Both the position numbers and the translations under genes were made by a program. Below the pieces are notes generated by a model. That model worked only from the letters and a program-made list of their open reading frames with translations. It did not search any database and was not told where the DNA came from. Shown here piece after piece: positions 1-13,364 of a DNA stretch of 64,000 bases. How positions within the stretch are numbered: position 1 is the first letter of the stretch; every line of letters starts with the position of its first letter. Origin of the DNA: Paraspadella gotoi (lineage: Eukaryota; Animalia; Chaetognatha); NCBI GenBank assembly GCA_051294375.1, contig CM119263.1:2917573-2981572 (forward strand), read 5' to 3'.

Positions 1-1640
1 CTGGAAATTTGCCAATGAATAAAAAAGGAAATAGTTTACTCTTCGCAACTTTTGAAACAAATAATTTTTTTTCCATCAAAAATAAATAAACATAAAAACA
101 AAACAAAACGACTAAAACAGAAAAGGGCTGAAAAAAAAAACACGTCCTTTTCTCGTTATGACTGAAAATGAGGCAGTCATTTATGGTTAATATTCAATAG
201 TTGTTAGTTTCCGTTTTATAAAATTTTATTGCGAGGGAATTTTCGTTCTTAGCTGAAGCAGGGAGGTGNNNNNNNNNNNNNNNNNNNNNNNNNNNNNNNN
301 NNNNNNNNNNNNNNNNNNNNNNNNNNNNNNNNNNNNNNNNNNNNNNNNNNNNNNNNNNNNNNNNNNNNNNNNNNNNNNNNNNNNNNNNNNNNNNNNNNNN
401 NNNNNNNNNNNAGAGAGAGAGAGAGAGAGAGATACGAATCAAATGAAGGATACACACAGTCTTTTCAAAGTCGAAAGATCGCAGCCATTTTGACTCCATT
501 CAGGCGAATAGAGGAGGGGGGCGAAGAGTGATAAAAAGAGACGTAGCCAGCAAGAGATCCATCGAGAAAGGGAGAGAAAGTGAGAAAGAGAGAGAAAGAG
601 AGTCAGAGATGCAGATGCGAGTATAACCTTTTCTGTCACCGAGATTAAAGTTTAAAAAAACACACAAAAAAAAAAGAAAATTGATCCTTTAGGGTATTTT
701 TATAAAAGCGGACATCTTGGCTTTCAATCTCAGGAGCGCAGATTGCTTTGAGCGAGGAAGCGAAGATTGCTTGGAACGAGGAAGCGAAGATTGCTTGGAA
801 CGAGGAAGCGAAGATTGCTTGGAGCGAGGAAGGGAAGATTGCTTGGAACGAGGAAGGGAAGATTGCTTGGAAGATTAAGATTGCGAAGCTGAAACGAGGA
901 TTCACGATGGAATTAAAGTTTAAAATATGAGATAAGAAAATGATTTTTTTTAGAGGACATGTACGGATTGATTTTTGGCAAGATATAAAAATGAAATGAC
1001 TTTATTAAAAATGAAATGACTTTATTAAACATTATACTTCGAAACCGAACGAGGACGCGAGAGTAGGAAGGCTAATTTCACAAAGAAGAAAAATGGAAGA
1101 AGTCGATGACGACGACGACGACGACGANNNNNNNNNNNNNNNNNNNNNNNNNNNNNNNNNNNNNNNNNNNNNNNNNNNNNNNNNNNNNNNNNNNNNNNNN
1201 NNNNNNNNNNNNNNNNNNNNNNNNNNNNNNNNNNNNNNNNNNNNNNNNNNNNNNNNNNNNNNNNNNNNNNNNNNNNNNNNNNNNNNNNNNNNNNNNNNNN
1301 NNNNNNNNNNNNNNNNNNNNNNNNNNNNNNNNNNNNNNNNNNNNNNNNNNNNNNNNNNNNNNNNNNNNNNNNNNNNNNNNNNNNNNNNNNNNNNNNNNNN
1401 NNNNNNNNNNNNNNNNNNNNNNNNNNNNNNNNNNNNNNNNNNNNNNNNNNNNNNNNNNNNNNNNNNNNNNNNNNCGATAGCAAAGCCCTGTGATATTTTC
1501 CATCATCCACCCTAGTAAGCTCTTATAGTGTAGACGTTCTGGTTCGTTAGCAAGTCCTTGTGATATTTTCCGTCATCCACCCTACTAAGTTGGGGGGAGA
1601 GTTCGGAGTTGGGTCTGGGGGCGGGACCGAGATGTAGAAG
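1..1640. repeat. Arm 1 of an inverted duplication (partner ~8176-9720)
   Basis: Bases 1-60 are the reverse complement of ~9655-9720. The match continues through the 24-bp minisatellite and the 1476-1640 segment. Confidence 0.85.
741..875. repeat. 24-bp minisatellite (gattgcttggaacgaggaagcgaa) x ~5.5
   Basis: Visible directly and as the EEAKIAWN repeat in ORF 748-930. An inverted copy lies at ~8830-8980. Confidence 0.9.
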
Positions 1641-2820
1641 TGGATCAATCTGCTACTGTTTCGGTGTGGTAATTGAGACTGAGTCACGGCGGTCGTNNNN
1701 NNNNNNNNNNNNNNNNNNNNNNNNNNNNNNNNNNNNNNNNNNNNNNNNNNNNNNNNNNNNNNNNNNNNNNNNNNNNNNNNNNNNNNNNNNNNNNNNNNNN
1801 NNNNNNNNNNAAGTCCCTTTTCTGTCGGTTGGTCGGTCGGTCTGACTTTTCATTCCTTAACTCTGGTAATACTTAATTTAGTTAATATTGGGTATGCAAG
1901 CGAAGTACAATGAGATCTTTAACATGTATCATACTTGTGAAGTCACCTGAAAAAGCGATCAGAAGACCCAAAATTCATAGCGGCTTAAATTTGGTCTCTT
2001 TTCGGTTATTTTTGATAATATGATGATAACGCAAACGCCCTGTGATATTTTCCATCTTTACCACCCTAGCTAAGCTCTTAAAGTGTAAGACGTTCTGGCT
2101 CGTAGCAAGTCCTTGTGATATTTTCCGTCATCCCACCCCTAACAAGGTTAGGGGAGAGTCTTCGGAGTTGGGCCTGGCGGGCGGGACCGAAGATGTAGAA
2201 GGATCAACTCTACTGTTTCGGTGTTGGTAATTGATGACTGAACGTCACGAACGGTTTCGCTGGTGCAAGGGCAACATGTGAAAAAATTAATAACCCATTT
2301 TGGCACATCGGGGAAGAATGAGTCTGTCGCTGCGAAAAAAAAAACAAAACGAATCCCCATGTCCTTTTTGATGACGTCGTTCTAACTAATTTCCTTTTTT
2401 TTTTCTCACTCCTTTCCACCCCTCCTTTCCCCCCCTACTTATTGCCCGCCCTCCTCCTCCTCTTCTCCTCCAGCCTCCCTCTTTCTCTACGATCCGGTTC
2501 TTCTCTCTCAGTATTTTCCGACCATTTTCTATTCTTATTTCTTCTCATTTTCTCACTTCTTTCCTTTTACTTTTTTTTAGGCAACACCCTAAAGTCCTTT
2601 CTGTCGGTCTGGTCGGCTCGTCTGCTCTTTCATCTCCTAACCTCTGGCTAACTACTCTCAATCCTAGTTAATATTGGGCTATGCAAGCGACAGTACCAAC
2701 TGAGATCTTTAAGCAATGTATCAATACTTGTGAAGGCTCACACTGAAAAAAAGCGATCCAGCAAGACGCCAAAACTTCATAGCCGGCTTAATTTGGTCTC
2801 TTTTAGTTATTTTTGATACA
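1476..2820. repeat. Local direct duplication (1476-2020 vs 2030-2820) containing a ~70-bp repeat unit
   Basis: cctgtgatattttcc(a/g)tcatccacc occurs twice in each copy. 1811-2020 matches 2590-2818, with extra bases in the second copy. Confidence 0.8.
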
Positions 2821-2849
2821 TACTGATGTTCATACTGATGTCCATTTTA

Positions 2850-3315
2850 ATCTGTAAGACGTGATGGAGGCCTTAAAACTCCACCAAAGCCTGTCCAAAG
2901 CAGGCGGCACAGAATTAGCTTATTTATTCAACATGACATGGATACATTTCTTTATATTGTTGTACCAATTTTCAAGTAAAACTCAGCCTCCTGTATTTTG
3001 ATGCTAGCGCGGAGTACAAATAAGTATTCCACCGATCTAACCTACTTAAGGGAGTGGTCTTTTCATAACAAATTAGAACACATTCTTTGAAATATTTCCA
3101 CTTCCATTGATAGGGAAGCCCAGGTAACTCTGGAGTGAATACACGGACTGTGAGAGAGTCTTGAATTGAAAGCTTGCAGGGACCTGATATGTCATTCATC
3201 CCTGTAAGAGTGATGGAGCGCCTTAAACCACCAAAAGCCTGTCAAAAGCTCAAGGGCAAGATAGCTTATTTTATTAATATGAATGGATTAATTTTTATAT
3301 TGTTGTCCAATTTCA
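2850..3315 (+). mobile_element. Dispersed copy (~1.4 units, noisy) of the 22111-22925 element
   Basis: Shares gtgatggaggccttaaa...cttaagggagtggtc...gaaagcttgcagggacc...agatagcttatttt. Confidence 0.8.
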
Positions 3316-5559
3316 GAAACAAGAGCACCTCAGATCTAAATGACTGGTAGCGCTACCTTTTTTTCACTAAAGAAATCATATAAACCGATATTGTCCCTGT
3401 CTCAATTGTCCCCGCCACTGCTAACATGTTATGGTAGTACGCNNNNNNNNNNNNNNNNNNNNNNNNNTAGTCGCATGATCACCCGGAAATAGACGTGAAA
3501 AGAAAGTGACTGCAGCGCAACATATTGGAATAATCGTTCTTGTTTATTTCATATCATTTTTTCTCTATTCTCCACTTTCATATCGGTTTGACATCTTGAT
3601 CTTTAGTCCCTCGTTTCTTTTGTTTTTTGCCTAACCTTTTCCTTAAAACTTCCCCAATATGATTAATCTGATCTTAAGCTTCGCTCAATAGTTGTTTTCT
3701 ATGTACCTCGCCAATCTTCAGTCTTTTTCCTTCTCCGTTACTTTTCTTTCCATTCGCTTTCCTCACCCTCCTTTCTCCTTCGTCCTTTATGACCCCTTCA
3801 TTTTCTCCTCATCTCGAATCGGGTGAGTTTTCTCGGCAAAAATTGAAGTTTGAAGGTGAAAAAATAGGAAAGGAAATCGTAAAAAATCCAGAAGAAATGA
3901 GTTTTTCGTGTGTAATTCGACGCCAGCGTTGAATCATTTGGCGCAGATAGGTTTCGCCCTGAGTACAATAATGTAAAATGTACACTTCAGCTGCTCTGTT
4001 GGCTTTTTTCTTTGTTGGTTTGTTTTGTTTGTTAGATTTTTGTTTTGTTTGGTTAGTCAGTTTTTTCTCTTTTTGTTCAGTTCTTCTACATTTTTATTAT
4101 TATAACTTTCTTTCTTTCTTTGTCTCTCTCTTTGCTTATCTCTTTCATTCTTTCTCTCTTTTTTTTCTTTCTTTCACTGAATTGAGAGAAAAAGAATGAT
4201 AATCGATCGTCCGGTTTTAGCCTCGTTCTTTTTCGTGCCAGTCTTCACAGCTCTAGACAGCTTAATAGCCTAACAGCTAAAACCATCTTCCTCAACTGTT
4301 TCTCGTTTTTTTCTTCCTCACAAATTACTGCGAAAAATAAATTATCATAGTATTTGCGATTCGTAAATAAAGACTCGCAATTGACAAACGTCAAAATCGT
4401 AGACGTCATTAAATTTCAAGTCCTTCTTCGTCTCGGAAGTGTTTACGCCAGTCGAGTTGAAAAATGAGTCAAAAGCTTCTTTTTTTTTTTCAGACTTAGA
4501 CAAAAATGGAGTCAGCGTCGACGGCGGCGGAGGCGGCAGCGGCCGCGGCGGAGGCGGAGGCGGAGGCTGCAGTGGTGGCGTCGCCTGAAGGGAACAAATT
4601 TTTCTTGATTAGAGTTTTTCTCTTTTTGGATCTTCTTTCTCGCGGTTTTTTTCTTCAAGTTTTCGAAAAACTCGACAACATAAAGTAAAAGAGGAAACAT
4701 TTGTGAGTTCGCTCTGCCTTGTGGACTGTGGAGGCAGTATTCATCAAGTTTCTAAAAAATATTCTTTATTCTTTAGTGCCATCTACAATTCACCATCATG
4801 TTTACGATTAGAAAAATCGCCGACAAAAAATCAAAAGATCAATGAGTCAGAAACAAAATATAATCTAAAAAAAACCTTTTTAGTTATCAATACCATGTAA
4901 ATCGCAAGCGAGAGACGAGAAGACAATGACAAAAAAAAGATGTTGTGGAGCAACAACAACAACACGCAACCTCGGTCGTTTGCCCTCTCTTTTTTATGGT
5001 CAACTTTGACCTTGTAAATACCAATTGTTATAGACTTAGCATCTGAGCCTTTTAATTGTTATTGTTATTAATCTGTTGAAGAATAAAATAACTCTTACTC
5101 TGAAACTTGTTGCGTCCTCAACGTCGCTTTATTCAGGGACGATGCATCGTGAGTGACACTCAAATCAAACCACAGAACACTTTTTTTTCTTGACTGAGTC
5201 AACAAGTGACATCGAAAAAAAGAAGTGTCACTATTTTTGTTTTTTAGGGATCAGATGTGCTCATCGGCAACATTTTGCGATTACGCACCTCAGAAGCCCC
5301 CCAAAAAAATAACTGAAGCGTTGTATGAATATTAAATTTTACGAGGAAAAAAGTATTTTTTTTTGATGACTTTAACGACTACATTTTTGACATTATTCAC
5401 GAACCAAAATTTCTCAGCCCCCCCCCAAGAAATATATCGCAGGTGCGTCGAAACGAAGGCGGATGGCGACAGGTGCCGCTTGCATCTGTCGGGAGGTAAA
5501 AACTTAAACATTCAAACCATTAATTCCACATAAAACTATTCGAGCGCACGCGAAAACCG

Positions 5560-8058
5560 AGATGGACTGACGCGTTAACGCTCAACATCGGCATTCGTTT
5601 CGCAGCTGCGACGATCGCCGAAAAACGTGGGCGGTGAAGAATGACCAGACCGCAGGCGCGGTGTTCTTCTTATTGATCGCGAGAAGCTTGTTCGGTTCTG
5701 TGGCGGCGGAAAAAAAGTCGGTCTTTGTGGCGAAACCAGTCGCGTCTTCTTCGGGAAAAGCCGCAGTCGGCTCTTTCGGCAAACCCAAAACACCAAAGCG
5801 TTTCCTGACAGAACCCACATTTCGGAGAGGCGCTTCGTACACCGGTCTCTCTCTCTGCTCTCTCATCTCTCCTCATCTCTCTCTCTCTCTCCTCTTCTCT
5901 CATCCTCTCTCCTCTCCTCCTCTCTCTCTTCTCTCTCTCTCTCTCCTCTTCTTAGGTAGCAAAAGAAAAGCTCGCGAGCGAAATCGCGGCGAATCCGGTC
6001 GACGGCGCCAACTCGCGTCGAACGACTGATGTCTTTTCCCGCGAATCTATGCCGCGCAGCGCTGCCGAGCTGCCGGTGCGTTCGTCGTCGCGCGCTTTCG
6101 ACGGTCACGTGACAATACTCATATAATAAGGGAAGTGAAGTAAAAAAAAAGAAGAAAGCCAAGAAAGAAAGAAATAAAGTAAAGAAATCGAAAAGCCAGA
6201 AAGAAAGAAAGAAAGATAAGAAAGAAAAGAAAGAAAGAAAGAAGAAAGAAAGAGAGAAAGAAAGAAAGAAAGAAAGATACAGAAAGAAAGAAAGAAAAGA
6301 AAAGAAAAGAAAGACAGAAGGAACTATAAAAATAAAAGAAAAGAAAGACAGAAGGACTAATAGAAAAATCGTTAAAGTATAGGTGATCTCGCCAGTCTTA
6401 CTATCAAAAAATTAATGAAAAGTACTATACATCTAATGTGCATATTGCAGTACAATACCATAATTAAATAGACTTTAAGACACAAAAATATTTGGATCGA
6501 TATAACAACAATAAAATGGATACACATTCAAACTTCTCGCTGCCTCAACTAATGGATCTTGATAACTAGATAGTTAAAAATCGAAAAACAATGCTTCAAG
6601 TTAAAAAATTATGAAAGTTGAAAAATTAATGCAAAAGTTGAAAAAAATTATAGCAAATTGAAAAAATTAAGCAAGTTAAACAAATTAAAGCAAATTGAAA
6701 AAAATAATGCAATTTAAAAATTATGTAAGTTGAAAAAAATTATGTAAGTTGAAAAAATTATGTAAGTTGAAAAATTATGTAAGTTGAAAAAAAATTAATG
6801 GCAAGCTGAAAAAAACTTATGGCAAGTCAACAAAAAAAATTATGCAAGTCAAAAAAAATTAATGCAAAATTGAAGAAAATTATGCAAGTTAAAAATTATG
6901 CAAATTAAAAAAATATGCAAGTTGAAAAAATTAATGCAAGTCAAAAAAATAATGAAAATTGAAAAAAAGTTATGCAAGTTAAAAAATTAATCGGGCCAAA
7001 TTAAAAAAATTATGCAAGTGAAAAAATTATGCAAGTGACAAAACATTATGCAACGTTGAAAAAAACTTATGCAAGTAGAAAAATTATGCAAGTTGAAAAA
7101 AATTAATGCAAGTTGAAAAAAATTATGCAAGTTAAAAAAATTAAGAAAGTTGATAAAATTATGCAAGTTGAAAAAAATTATGCAAGTTGAAAAACAATTT
7201 AATGCAAGTTGAAAAAATTATGGGCAAGTTTGAAAAAATTATGCCAAGTTGGACAAAATTATGCAAGTTGAAAAAAAATTATGCAAGTTCAAAAAAATGA
7301 TGCAAATTTTAAAAGATATTATTTTTGCCGGCAGTAACAGTTCAGTTGAAAGCCTTGAAAGCGCATTACACTGTAATCCGGCGCAGCCACTGTTTACCTT
7401 CTATTTGATTCCCATAGACGTTTCACNNNNNNNNNNNNNNNNNNNNNNNNNAACGAGATGGACGAGCGTTACGCAAATCGGATTCGTTTCGAGTCGACGA
7501 TTCGACGAAAAACGTGGGCGGTGACGATGACAGACGCAGGCGCGGTTTTTCTTATTGATCGCGAGAAGTTGTCGGTTCTTGGCGGCGGAAAAAAAGTCGG
7601 TCTTTGTGGCGAAACAGTCGGTCTTTTCGGGAAAGCCGCAGTCGGTCTTTCGGCAAACCCAAAACACCAAAGCGTTTCCTGACAGAACCCACATTTCGGA
7701 GAGGCGCTTCGTACACCGGTCTCTCTCTCTGCTCTCTCATCTCTCCTCATCTCTCTCTCTCTCTCCTCTTCTCTCATCCTCTCTCCTCTCCTCCTCTCTC
7801 TCTTCTCTCTCTCTCTCTCCTCTTCTTAGGTAGCAAAAGAAAAGCTCGCGAGCGAAATCGCGGCGAATCCGGTCGACGGCGCCAACTCGCGTCGAACGAC
7901 TGATGTCTTTTCCCGCGAATCTATGCCGCGCAGCGCTGCCGAGCTGCCGGTGCGTTCGTCGTCGCGCGCTTTCGACGGTCACGTGACAATACTCAATATA
8001 AAGGGGAAGTGAAGGAAAAAAAAGAAAGAAAGCCAGAAAGAAAGAAATAAAGAAAGAA
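5560..8058. repeat. ~600-bp direct repeat (5560-6180 and 7452-8058) flanking an AT-rich satellite
   Basis: Near-identical GC-rich segment, (CT)n tract and gtcacgtgac palindrome in both copies. The second copy lies between two N-gaps. Confidence 0.85.
6590..7310. repeat. AT-rich ~18-20-bp satellite (aaaaaattatgcaagttg)n
   Basis: Several dozen degenerate units visible directly. Confidence 0.9.
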
Positions 8059-8175
8059 NNNNNNNNNNNNNNNNNNNNNNNNNNNNNNNNNNNNNNNNNN
8101 NNNNNNNNNNNNNNNNNNNNNNNNNNNNNNNNNNNNNNNNNNNNNNNNNNNNNNNNNNAAAAAAAAGAGAGAGAT

Positions 8176-9720
8176 ATTCTACAACTCTTCGTCCCGCCCC
8201 AGTCACCGAACTCCGAAACTCTCCCCCAATTAGTAGGTGGGATGACGAAAATATCACACAGGACTGCTAAGAACCAGAACGTCATAACACCTATAAGAGC
8301 TTAACTAGGCTGGATTGATGGAAAATTCAACAGGGCTTTGCTCCATCTGGGAGCCAGAATCACTCCACTATAAAGAGCTTAGTGAGGCGTGGATGACGGA
8401 AAATATCAACAAGGCGCCGTCGCTATCGAAGCCAGAACGTCTATATGCCGCCCCCCCAACTCTCCCCCCGCCCTGCGTCAAACCGACAGGTTGAAATGCG
8501 GCAGTACACGTCTCGTCTACGGTCGCCGTCGTAGGTCGCGTCGTCGTTCGCCGTCCGGCCGTCGCGTCGTCGCGCGTGCGTCGTCTGTCAATCGGACTCT
8601 CTTGCGCATTTTCTCTTTGTGAAATTAACCTTCCTACTCTCGGCGTCCTTCGTTTCGGTTTTCGAAAGTATAGATGGTTGAAATAAAGTCATTTCATTTT
8701 TAATAAAGTCATTTCATTTTTATATTGCCAAAAATAATCATCCGTACATGGTCCTCGTAAAAAAAAATCATTGTTCTCTTATCTCATATTTTAAACTTTA
8801 ATTCGCATCGTGAATCTCGTTCTGCAGCTTTCGCAATCTTAATCTTCCAGCAATCTTCCCTTCCTCAGTTCCAAGCAATCTTCCTGCCTCGCTCGCAAGC
8901 AATCTTCGGCTTGCCTCCGTTCCAGAGCAATCTCTCGCTTCCCTCGCGAAGAATCCCTCCCTCATCAGCAAATCTGCGCTCCTGAGATTGAAAGCCAAGA
9001 TCGTGCGCTTTTATAAAAATACCCTAAAGGATCATATTTTCTGCTTTTTTTTTTGTGTGTCTTTTTTAAACTTTAACCTCTCGGTGACAGAAAAGGTTAT
9101 ACCTCGTCATCTGGCATCCTCGTGACTCTCTGTCCTTCTGCTTCATCACTTTTCTCGTCCTTTTTTTTTCTTTGTTTCATCGCATGGATCTCTTCTGCTA
9201 CGCTCTCTTTTTATCACTCTTGCGCCCCTCTTCCTATTCGCGCTGACAGGAGTCAAAAATGGCCTGAGATGCTTTCGAACTTTGAAAAGACTGTGGTGTA
9301 TCGCTTCATTTATGTCGTATCTCTCCGTCTCTCTCTCTCTCTCTCTCTCCTCTGCGGTCTCTCTCGCTCTCTCCTCTTCTCTTCTCTCTCTCTCGTCTCT
9401 CTCTCTCTCTCGTCTCCTTTCACAGGTCCCTGCTTCAGCTAAGAACGAAAAAATTCCCCTCGGCAAGTAAAATTTTATAAAAGGAACTAACAAGCTATTG
9501 CCAATAGATTAACCATCAATATGACCTGCCGTCATTTTCACGTCATAGACGAGAAAAAGGACGTGTTTTTTTTTCAGCCCTTTTCTGTTTACGTAAGTGC
9601 TTTTGTTTGTGTTTAAATGTTTATATTATTTTGTGATGGAAACAAAATATTATTTGTTTCAAAAAGTTGCGAAGAGTAAACGTAAACTATTTCCTTTTTT
9701 ATTCATTGGCAAATTTCCAG
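8176..9720. repeat. Arm 2 (noisy, insertion-rich) of the inverted duplication of 1-1640
   Basis: Reverse complement of 1-1640 with scattered single-base insertions. It has sequence where arm 1 has N-gaps. Confidence 0.85.
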
Positions 9721-10231
9721 AATAATTGACACGCTTCGTTGACGGCCTATAATTATCGACAGCGAAAAAAGGGGAAGAGAGATAACTCTAAAAAAAACAA
9801 CAACAAAACAAATAAAAAAAACACTAGAAACGAGGATTTGAAAATAAAAACCGAATCTAAAAAATCCGAAATCTGAAAAAAAATCGAAAAGACAAAAATA
9901 AAAGAAAAGGAGAAAACAAAAGATCCGACGATAGAGGGCAGCGTCGACGCCGTCCTTCGCGATGGGCGAAATGTGGAACGACGCTGACGGACCTCACCAC
10001 ATGCGCGTGATTCTCAAAGCGGTGCCCTCGACTTACCCGGGCGCCGCACGATCTTCCGAGTCGGACCCATCAAATGGCAGCGCCGTCGCAGCGCCGACTT
10101 CGTCCTCGGGTTGGCGCCGCGGATTCAGCTCTGCAAGAATTCGCTCGATTTGGACGCAAGCGAGAACGCGGACCATCATAAATGCTGGGAAGTGAGGAAG
10201 TTGAAGCTCCTCTCTCTCTCTTCTCTCTCTT

Positions 10232-10304
<73 letters not shown>

Positions 10305-10569
10305 TCACTTTCGCTGATTCTTAACCAACCTCTCTCGTCTTTTTAATTAGGAGAGGGCATTGTGATCTTCCTACGTTCATCCCTGTAATTAATTTGATAT
10401 GAATGTTTCTCAACGCCCTTCTAAAATCTAAAAAGAAGATAAAGTATTCCACTTTATTTCTAATAATTAATAATAATATACAATACAATAATATAATTTT
10501 AGATGAGAGGAAACACAGCTTTCAATGGAAGTTTGTTCTCTAAAGCAATTGTTAAAAAAATATTAATAA

Positions 10570-10830
10570 ACTGGAACAAAAACATATAAATTATGCATTC
10601 ATATATTATATATTATATAAGCTATCTTGCCCCTGACTTAAGGTCTCTATCCCTATTACAAGAAATACCATAACAGGACCCTGAAAGGTTTCAAACAAGA
10701 CTCTCTCACAGCTCTAGTTCCATATCAATGAAGTGGTATTATGTTTTAGAGTATTTATTCAATAGTATTTACTTTATTGATAAGGAAGCCGGGTATTTGG
10801 GGAGTGCAACTCAACTGTGAGAGACTCTTC
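10570..10830 (-). mobile_element. Degenerate inverted copy of the same element
   Basis: aagctatcttgcccctgactt and caagactctctcacag are reverse complements of unit segments. Confidence 0.65.
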
Positions 10831-12849
10831 ATTATATGTTATTATCTTGTAGACATCTGATGAAGGACTTTAGCATTGAGTAATGCTCTGCACTATTAAT
10901 TCTTTTTGAAAAAAATTACTCGTTTTATTTATTCCAAGCTCGCGGCACAAGTTTTTCTTCTTTTTTTTTATTCTAAATTTAAAAATTTAAAAAATTTCAA
11001 AATATAAATCAAATTACGACTTTCTCATTTAGTTCCCTGGAGTTAATTGGAAAAGACGTAGATGGCGGAAAATTTGAAGAAAAAAAAAAGAAACTTTGTT
11101 ATTGGAAAATAAGAGCATGTTGTGGCGGTATATTCACAACGCCTCACGGTCCACCATCCTTCCAGCCAAATCCATGGCTCAGAGGGGAACACACCATCCC
11201 AGGCGTAGTGTTGCCTTCCACAGTCCTAACGTTCTTCCCTCTGTGTTTGGCAAAGCGAAACCACCTAGGAGAACCGTGAGGACTGGAGGGTGTCAGCCTG
11301 AGGGTCGGAAGCCCTCAAAGCCAAAAAGTGAGATGCCCCATCCCAATGGCATCACAGGCACCCCGCTGTTACCATAAATGGTGAGCCCTACTATCGAAAC
11401 TGCAACCTTCTCAGGGTACGCTATGATAAATGCCTATGCCCTGCCGACTCGGGTACGCTACGAAAAACGCCTATGCCGCTGGGTACCGCTACGACAAAAC
11501 GCCTATGCCCCCACAACTGCGCGCTCTCTCCCTCTCCCACATGGTAACAGTCTTGTCAGACACCTCTCAGGCTGAGGAACCTGAGTGATGTCTTGGCCCG
11601 GGATCCTGTGGCGTATATTCACACCGCCTCACGCCATTGCGCTCAGAGGCGAACAACGTGTGTTCCAGAGAAGAGAGATTGCAGAGATAGTCGATATACG
11701 GCAACATCTCCTAAATTAGACTCGAAAAGTCCGACGTCCATTAATCGGAAAACTTTATATTAAAATTTCAATCTGGTTATATGGCTGGACAGGCGCTATC
11801 GTGCTCAATCAGGCCGTATCACGTTAATCAGGCGCATTCGTGCCTCATCTGGGCGCTTTAGCTTTTTCACACTATTTTTTCTTCCTTTAAATGATTTCCT
11901 TGTTCCGATGCAGAATCGGATCTTACTCGTATTCAATTAGAATCTGATTTCTAATTCGCAGTTGGGAATGATTTTTTTTTCGTCAGGGTCTGTCAATTTA
12001 TCTAAATTTTAAATTATTTAAGAATACGATTATAATGATTTAAAAATATTTTATTGGTAAAGAGGTATTAATAGTATTGAAACTTTGTTTGTTTGTTTTT
12101 TTATTATTGAATATAAAAGATGAAAGCAAGAATATGAAAATCAAATATTTATAATAAATAGCTTAAAAAAAGTTTAAAATAGTAAGATTATAATTACGCA
12201 AGTTACAGAAAATTAAAACCAATATAGAAGCGCGACAGTTAAACTCTCGTTTAGCCTTTGGTTTTTATTCTGTCTCTCCTTTTAGTTTTCGTTTCAAACA
12301 TCGATTTCGATTCGCGTGAATAAAAAAATGGTTGAATGTCGACTCTGTTGTTGTTGTTAGTCTTTTGTGTGGCTGATGAGAACGGAAATATCCAAACCAG
12401 AATCATGTTTACGTATAATAAGATAAATACATACATATTAAAAAAGTAATATTTTTGATAATTAAAGCAGGAAAATAATTCTTTTTAACGTTTTACCAAA
12501 TATTAAAGCGAACTCGCAGCCTCAAAATTCCTCTCATTAATTCCTTTTAAATCCGGGTCGGATTTATTGACAAGAAAGATTTAGGAGAAGTCGAAATTTT
12601 GAATCTCCATTTTGGACGTCACAGAGATTAAAGATGGCGTTCTTGACTCTTGGAGGCGGAATTTCGACTCTATTTTTGTTTGTTTACATTCGAAAAAGTA
12701 ATAATTCTCCATTAAAAATTCGTTTTGATTTTGTGCATTTATCGACTAACAAATTCATTACAAATTCCTATTTTATTATGTCTAAAAATCGTATGAAAAA
12801 CTTTATTGTTCGGCAAAAAAAAAAGAGAGAGTTAAAAACTTTACTCACT

Positions 12850-13130
12850 TTTGCTCCTCCTTCCTTTCCTTTTTTCCTTCCTTTCTTCCTTCCTCCTTTT
12901 CCTCCTTTCATCCCTCCTTTCCCTCCTCTTTTTCCTCCCTTACTCTCTTCCTCCCACCCTTCTTCCTTCTTCCCTTCCTTTTCCCCTCCCTTCCTCCTTT
13001 TCCTTCCTTTTTCCTTCCTTTTCTCCTTACTCTCTTCCTCCCTCCCTCCGCTTTTTTCCTTCCTCCTTTCTCCTCCCATCCCTCCATCTCCTCCATCCCT
13101 CCTTTCCTCCTTTACCTCCCTTTCTCCCCC
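12850..13130. repeat. ~280-bp near-pure polypyrimidine (C/T) tract
   Basis: Almost exclusively C and T on the + strand. It generates the spurious F/P/L/S ORFs in the track. Confidence 0.85.
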
Positions 13131-13364
13131 ATGGGCCCCTCCATATGGAAGTATGATATCCTCTTCTCTTCTGATTCGTTATTCTTCTCGATTTCCATTT
13201 TTTCATCCTGCGTCCAATTTTTTCTCTTGGGCTTTCATCTTTTCTTTCTTTTTCTTTCTTTTCTCTTTCTTTCTTCATTTTTTCATACATTTTTTCGTCT
13301 TTTCTTTTCTTTTATCTTTACAATTACATCTGAGTCTCAAAGTTGTAAATCGGCCTTTTTTTCC

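Noticed and set aside
6590-7310. Regular short repeats as a possible CRISPR array (also 741-875 and 39739-39886)
   Set aside because: Units are contiguous with no unique spacers, there are no cas genes, and the context is eukaryotic.
5560-8058. 600-bp direct repeats as LTRs of a retroelement
   Set aside because: No TG...CA ends, primer-binding site or coding interior. Adjacency to gaps and noisy sequence suggest gap-fill redundancy.
12370-12395. ctgatgag...gaaa hammerhead-like core (also ~31203 and ~46712)
   Set aside because: Flanking stems I and III could not be formed by eye.
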